A DNA stretch of 64,000 bases from a virus. The DNA lies in the IMG/VR virus record IMGVR_UViG_3300031949_000005, positions 103,641-167,640 of that record; one strand, given 5' to 3'. The position numbers were made by a program, and so were the translations under genes. Shown piece by piece: positions 59,704-64,000 of the stretch (the stretch's first letter is position 1; each line of letters starts with the position of its first letter). Below the pieces are notes generated by a model. That model was not told the DNA's origin. It did no database searches and was given only the letters and a program-made list of their open reading frames with translations.

Positions 59704-60676
59704 TAGATAATTTATTTTGCATAGATTCTATCATAGAATCAATCAATTGTTCAAAATTATATTTAGGTATCCATTTTAATTCTGTTCTAATTTTTGTGCT
59801 ATCGCCCTTAAGCATTTTTAATTCTTCTGGACGATAAAATTTTGCATCAATTTCTATGTAATCTTTATAATTCATATTTAATTTACGGAATACAATATCA
59901 CAAAATTCTTCAATAGAATGTGTTTCCATGCTAGAAACGACAAAATCATCGGGATGATTATGATTTATAATCATATGCATTGCTCTAATCATATCTCTTG
60001 CGTCAGACCAATCTCTACTTGCTCTTAAATTACCTAAAATTAATTTGTCACTTAATCCAAGACTAATTTCAACTGCTCCTTTAACTATCTTTTGGGTAAC
60101 GAAATTTGCGCCGCGTCTACTTCCTTCGTGGTTAAAACATATTGAATTACATATAAAAAGATCGAAACCTCGGCGATAATACCTTGTCATGCTATACCCA
60201 AATAACTTAGTACATCCGTAAACACTAACTGGATGCATTGGTGTGCTTTCTCTTTGGAAACCATCTTCATCAAAACAATTTCCGAACATCTCGCTGGAAC
60301 TAGCTTGAAGAAATCTAGCTTTTGGAGCAAATTTTCTATATGTTTCTAAAAGATTAGCTATTCCTACTGTATTAGTTTGGGTTGTGTATAGTGGGATTTC
60401 TGATCCCGTCTTAACATGAGACTGACTAGCTAACGAATAAATTTCATCCGGTTGTGATAATTTAACAATTCTTTCTAAAGATGATATATCTAATAAATCA
60501 CCATATTCTAGATTTATTAAACCAGATATATGTGCAATCCTACTATCCTGATTCTCGGATACAGAATGTCTCCTAATAATTCCAAAAACATCATAATCTA
60601 GATTTAAAAGATATTCCGCGAGCCAGCTTCCATCTTGTCCAGAAATACCTGTTATTAACGCTCTTTTTTTATCCAT
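59678..60676 (-). CDS. gmd: GDP-mannose 4,6-dehydratase
   Basis: ALITGISGQDGSWLAE.LL, QSHV, QASSSEMFG, YGCTK, FNHE..RRG.NFVT.KI, GNL.A.RDW. Confidence 0.95.
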   Translation of the reverse strand: MDKKRALITGISGQDGSWLAEYLLNLDYDVFGIIRRHSVSENQDSRIAHISGLINLEYGDLLDISSLERIVKLSQPDEIYSLASQSHVKTGSEIPLYTTQTNTVGIANLLETYRKFAPKARFLQASSSEMFGNCFDEDGFQRESTPMHPVSVYGCTKLFGYSMTRYYRRGFDLFICNSICFNHEGSRRGANFVTQKIVKGAVEISLGLSDKLILGNLRASRDWSDARDMIRAMHMIINHNHPDDFVVSSMETHSIEEFCDIVFRKLNMNYKDYIEIDAKFYRPEELKMLKGDSTKIRTELKWIPKYNFEQLIDSMIESMQNKLSNGTKNVRK

Positions 60677-60686
60677 TCTATATTTC

Positions 60687-61757
60687 CTATATATTTTGTT
60701 TCTTATCTTCTATATTTTTAATTATTCTACATATTCTCTTAATATCTTTTTCTCTTAAATTTAATGATGATGGTAAATATACAAGTTGATTAGCCATTTG
60801 TTCTGCTACAGGAAATTTCGATTTTGTTTTATATGGAGGATTATCTGATATACATTTATAATATTTAACAGCTTCTATTTTATTCTTTTTTAATTCTTGT
60901 ATTATTTCATCGGCTTTCTTTGTTCTATATATAACCATCCAAGGAGTTTCATTAGAATATTGCGAACCATCAAATCCTTCTATTTTTATGTATTTATTAT
61001 ATTCTTGGCAAATTGACAATCTTTTATATAACAAATATTTTATATCCTGAAGTTGTGGAAGTAGATATGAAGCAACAATATCATTAAATCTTAAATTTAG
61101 ACCAATGCCCTTGTGGGTTCTATCCCATCTCCATCCCTGACCTCCGTGGTCTATTAAATTCCTACATTTTTCTGCTAATTTATTATTATTTGTAATAATC
61201 GCCCCCCCTTGAGAAGAAGTGGCCAATTTCGGGACCGAAAATGATATAATCGCAATATCGCCTATTTGTCCAGTATGATTAATTGCTAAACATTGTGCCG
61301 AATCTTCTATCATTGGAATTTTATGCTCTACGCAAAATTGTTTTGTTAATTGCAAATCGGAGCCATTATATCCATTATGATTAATGAAAATTGCGCAACT
61401 TATATTTTTATTCCATTTTAATTTGTTTGGATCCAAACAAAGAGTATATGGGTTTATATCTACTAATTTTATTTTATATCCTAAAAATCGGGCCGCATTG
61501 TGTGCAGCCAGAAAACTATATGCTGGAGCTAATATGGTTGATGCGGATTTTAAATTCAAACTTTTGATGGCGACCATTAATGCGCTTGTACCACTATTTA
61601 CACATATACAATTTTTAATGTTATTAATTTGTTCTATTTTTTCTTCGACTAATTTTGTTTGAATACCTGGTCCTAAATTACCACTTATTATATTTTTATA
61701 AACTTTTTTCGCATATTTTCTTTTTATATATGGTTGAAATTGTTTAATTTCTTTCAT
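60687..61757 (-). CDS. DegT/DnrJ/EryC1/StrS (perosamine synthase-like) PLP aminotransferase
   Basis: NSGTSAL, IEDSAQ, SFSVPKLATSSQGG, GLNLR, LPSS. Confidence 0.85.
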   Translation of the reverse strand: MKEIKQFQPYIKRKYAKKVYKNIISGNLGPGIQTKLVEEKIEQINNIKNCICVNSGTSALMVAIKSLNLKSASTILAPAYSFLAAHNAARFLGYKIKLVDINPYTLCLDPNKLKWNKNISCAIFINHNGYNGSDLQLTKQFCVEHKIPMIEDSAQCLAINHTGQIGDIAIISFSVPKLATSSQGGAIITNNNKLAEKCRNLIDHGGQGWRWDRTHKGIGLNLRFNDIVASYLLPQLQDIKYLLYKRLSICQEYNKYIKIEGFDGSQYSNETPWMVIYRTKKADEIIQELKKNKIEAVKYYKCISDNPPYKTKSKFPVAEQMANQLVYLPSSLNLREKDIKRICRIIKNIEDKKQNI

Positions 61758-61761
61758 TATC

Positions 61762-62226
61762 TCATTTCTTTCTATATTTTTCAATTGGTGTGATTAATGC
61801 CTTTTTTATTGGCCACCCCAATTTCAATCTGCCACATAAAACTTGTGGATTGATATCGTATTCTTCCGCTAAAGCGGAAATGCATTGTTCTTTATTATTA
61901 TATCTGATAAAATGATTATTTCTCATATTTCTTTGTTGTTCTTTTATAGTTGACCATTTGCAATTTTCGGAAGAATATTCTTTATTATTATCTATACGAT
62001 TGAGCGTTTTCCCGATCGGGCGATTCCCCATATCTTCTAAGAAATTTTCAAATTTTAACCACCTTTTACATACTTTTATTCCTCGACCGCCATAATTTTT
62101 ATAAGCAGAATTACTGGGATTATTGCATCTTTGTATCATACTGTCCCATGAAATATATGTCCCTGATCTTTTATTTTTTCTGTTATGTCCGTGCTTGAAT
62201 CCATTATTATTATTCTTTGGAGCCAT
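61762..62226 (-). CDS. HNH-type homing endonuclease
   Basis: KHG...TY.SW.SM.QRC...YGGRGIKVC.RW..FENF..DMG...RIDN...NC.W; related to 46659. Confidence 0.8.
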   Translation of the reverse strand: MAPKNNNNGFKHGHNRKNKRSGTYISWDSMIQRCNNPSNSAYKNYGGRGIKVCKRWLKFENFLEDMGNRPIGKTLNRIDNNKEYSSENCKWSTIKEQQRNMRNNHFIRYNNKEQCISALAEEYDINPQVLCGRLKLGWPIKKALITPIEKYRKK

Positions 62227-62228
62227 AT

Positions 62229-62975
62229 TTATTTCAATACTTCTAAATATTCTGCCCTTTTACAAAGTTCCTCATAAATAATATACGTTTCTTCTGATAA
62301 ATTTTTATTTATATTTTCTTTTTTATATCTAATTAAAGCCTGATCAGGAAAGGTTTTATCGGTCTCTATTTCTAGGAATTTGTCAATTTTTTCCAGTCCC
62401 TCTTTAATCATGGCTTGATTTCTATGAATAAATAACCATTCGCCGTGTTTGGATTGTCGCTGTAAAATCCATTTATACATCGTATTCCATAATTTATTAC
62501 AATATTCTTCGGTTAATACTAATCCCTTAAGATAAGGTGCTCTTTGAGCATGACCAATTAGACTAGATATGGTTTCGATCGGATGACGGAATACGCATAT
62601 ATATTTAGTATTACTTAATAGATGTCTCCACGCTTCTAGCGTGTAACAAAACCGAGGATCCTTGAATGAGAAAGGTGTTTCTTGTGTTATTAATGCCATT
62701 TCCTTTTGAATGAAATTTTTTAATCCTAAAGTTGCGTTTGGATCTAATAAAGTAAGCCATCCTTGAAATTGTTGGAAGGGATATATATGGCCTGGAGAAT
62801 TACTTATGATTGAATCATTAATCCTATTTATTAAATTTGTCTCAAAAAATCCTTTAGGATTTTCTTCATTTGGTTGATGTGGAGTTCCGCCAAGATTTTT
62901 ATAACACGATGCTATTGATCCTGCAACCATAGATGTACCAGAACGACCACAACCAGTTATAATGGTATTGTACAT
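62229..62975 (-). CDS. Sulfotransferase-family protein
   Basis: ITGCGRSGTSMVA (PAPS loop), NPKGFFE, KDPRF, VFRHP..TI.SL. Confidence 0.8.
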   Translation of the reverse strand: MYNTIITGCGRSGTSMVAGSIASCYKNLGGTPHQPNEENPKGFFETNLINRINDSIISNSPGHIYPFQQFQGWLTLLDPNATLGLKNFIQKEMALITQETPFSFKDPRFCYTLEAWRHLLSNTKYICVFRHPIETISSLIGHAQRAPYLKGLVLTEEYCNKLWNTMYKWILQRQSKHGEWLFIHRNQAMIKEGLEKIDKFLEIETDKTFPDQALIRYKKENINKNLSEETYIIYEELCKRAEYLEVLK

Positions 62976-63175
62976 TATAATCTCGTTTCTAAAAGAATAT
63001 CTATTTCATTGTTACATGGCCAACATTTCTTACAATGCCATGTTTCAAATCCACCTTTTAGTTGTGGATAGCACCTTCTTTTTTTATGCACCCATGAACA
63101 ATACATTCTTTTCTTTATTTTTGCTATAAATAATATTTTAATAAACCATTTTAGTTTATTTATGATTTTTTTCAT
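62975..63175 (-). CDS. Small Cys/His protein
   Basis: CS..H...C...WHCKKC..C. Confidence 0.5.
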   Translation of the reverse strand: MKKIINKLKWFIKILFIAKIKKRMYCSWVHKKRRCYPQLKGGFETWHCKKCWPCNNEIDILLETRL

Positions 63176-63533
63176 TTTTTATACCACCTACATTTTTTCT
63201 TTGTATGTCGCTAGGGTCTAATTCAACATAATAAATTTCAAATGCAATCGTATCTTCAATAGCTTCGAACATATGGTCTATACCGGGAGATATAGATGTC
63301 ATTTCTCCTTTCGATAATAATATTTCATCTTTTATTTCTTGTCCAGCGTCCCATCTAAAAATAGTAACTTTTAATAATCCCTTTTCCACAAAAAATATAT
63401 TATACTTAGATTTATGATTATGAGTTGAACAATATCCCCCCTTTTTAGCTTCGATCCTGTGTATTTCAACATTATTCCTATTGAATATACAAGAAGTTAA
63501 GCCCCAAATTTTTCCTTGTCTAGAATTTATCAT
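63156..63533 (-). CDS. Cupin (mannose-6-phosphate isomerase C-terminal-like)
   Basis: K.WG...CSTH.H..K.N.F.V..G...PG..H.F.A..D....E.Y...DI.R. Confidence 0.75.
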   Translation of the reverse strand: MINSRQGKIWGLTSCIFNRNNVEIHRIEAKKGGYCSTHNHKSKYNIFFVEKGLLKVTIFRWDAGQEIKDEILLSKGEMTSISPGIDHMFEAIEDTIAFEIYYVELDPSDIQRKNVGGIKNEKNHK

Positions 63534-63534
63534 T

Positions 63535-63999
63535 TTATTTATTCTCTGGACTAATTAGATCAACAATTTTCTTAGAACTTTCTAACCAGTATACATATCC
63601 CGGATAGATTATAGCAATATCGCCTGATGGGATTGAATTAATCACATGCGGTACTTGTTCATCTTCCCACCATTTAGTTTTGGGACCATAGCAATATATT
63701 GGGAATAATAGAGGCATAGACCAATTCACATACTTTTCACGATTCAATCTTCGTAGAAATTCCTGGCTAATTATGCTCCATGTTGTTGGTAACGGTGTCT
63801 GTGGTCTCGAATATCCTGCTGATAACCACAGTGGTGATAATATCTCATTGATTATTTTCAAATATGGATACATCCTTTTTCTCATGGACGAATCGGGATG
63901 TACATTGTCGATAGTGGGATACCATATATAATGCAAGTTCTTTGGCAATAATTCTAATCCCTTTTGGAACTTTACCATATCAATATTTTCAGTACACAT
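63535..63999 (-). CDS. Hypothetical protein, probably truncated by the window edge
   Basis: Open reading frame runs to the end of the window. Confidence 0.4.
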   Translation of the reverse strand: MCTENIDMVKFQKGLELLPKNLHYIWYPTIDNVHPDSSMRKRMYPYLKIINEILSPLWLSAGYSRPQTPLPTTWSIISQEFLRRLNREKYVNWSMPLLFPIYCYGPKTKWWEDEQVPHVINSIPSGDIAIIYPGYVYWLESSKKIVDLISPENK

Positions 64000-64000
64000 C

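Noticed and set aside
659-61662. Many short ORFs antisense to or nested within long genes (e.g. 2712, 8986, 20645, 35060, 52845)
   Set aside because: They overlap well-supported genes and lack motifs or RBS; shadow ORFs.
1-64000. Stop-codon reassignment, as seen in some large phages
   Set aside because: Genes are long and tightly packed under code 11; TAA, TAG and TGA all end recognisable proteins at sensible positions.
41161-64000. Bacterial chromosomal O-antigen locus flanking a prophage
   Set aside because: No flippase, polymerase or housekeeping context; genes are interleaved with phage-type endonucleases, SSB, sigma and split DnaE at similar base composition.

Overview
AT-rich segment of a large tailed-phage genome, read in standard genetic code; no tail sheath gene is evident, so the tail is probably non-contractile. 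The + strand (1-41164) is a virion morphogenesis region. It holds the 3' end of a probable major capsid gene, large mosaic fibre/adhesin proteins, duplicated neck-type cassettes, a tail tube, putative tail chaperones, a 1607-aa tape measure protein and tail-tip proteins. An accessory island with a tmRNA, HPRT, PhoH and exported proteins interrupts it. The - strand (41161-64000) carries a probable ssDNA-annealing protein, a glycosyltransferase block (one gene with a LAGLIDADG intein), a sigma-like factor, SSB and a DnaE C-terminal half. It ends in a sugar synthesis and decoration cluster: Gmd, a DegT-type aminotransferase, two GDP-sugar transferase-like proteins, methyltransferases, two sulfotransferase-like proteins and cupins. 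Free-standing homing endonuclease genes are scattered throughout. Three cross-cutting signals stand out. (1) Ser-Gly dipeptides are strongly enriched in outward-facing virion proteins but not in the tape measure, a candidate O-glycosylation sequon for the phage's own glycan machinery. (2) One 14-aa repeat is shared by four virion proteins. (3) A GTGTATAA promoter motif recurs at gene junctions, with several apparently leaderless genes. All functional calls come from reading motifs by eye; no database searches were run, and counts are manual.
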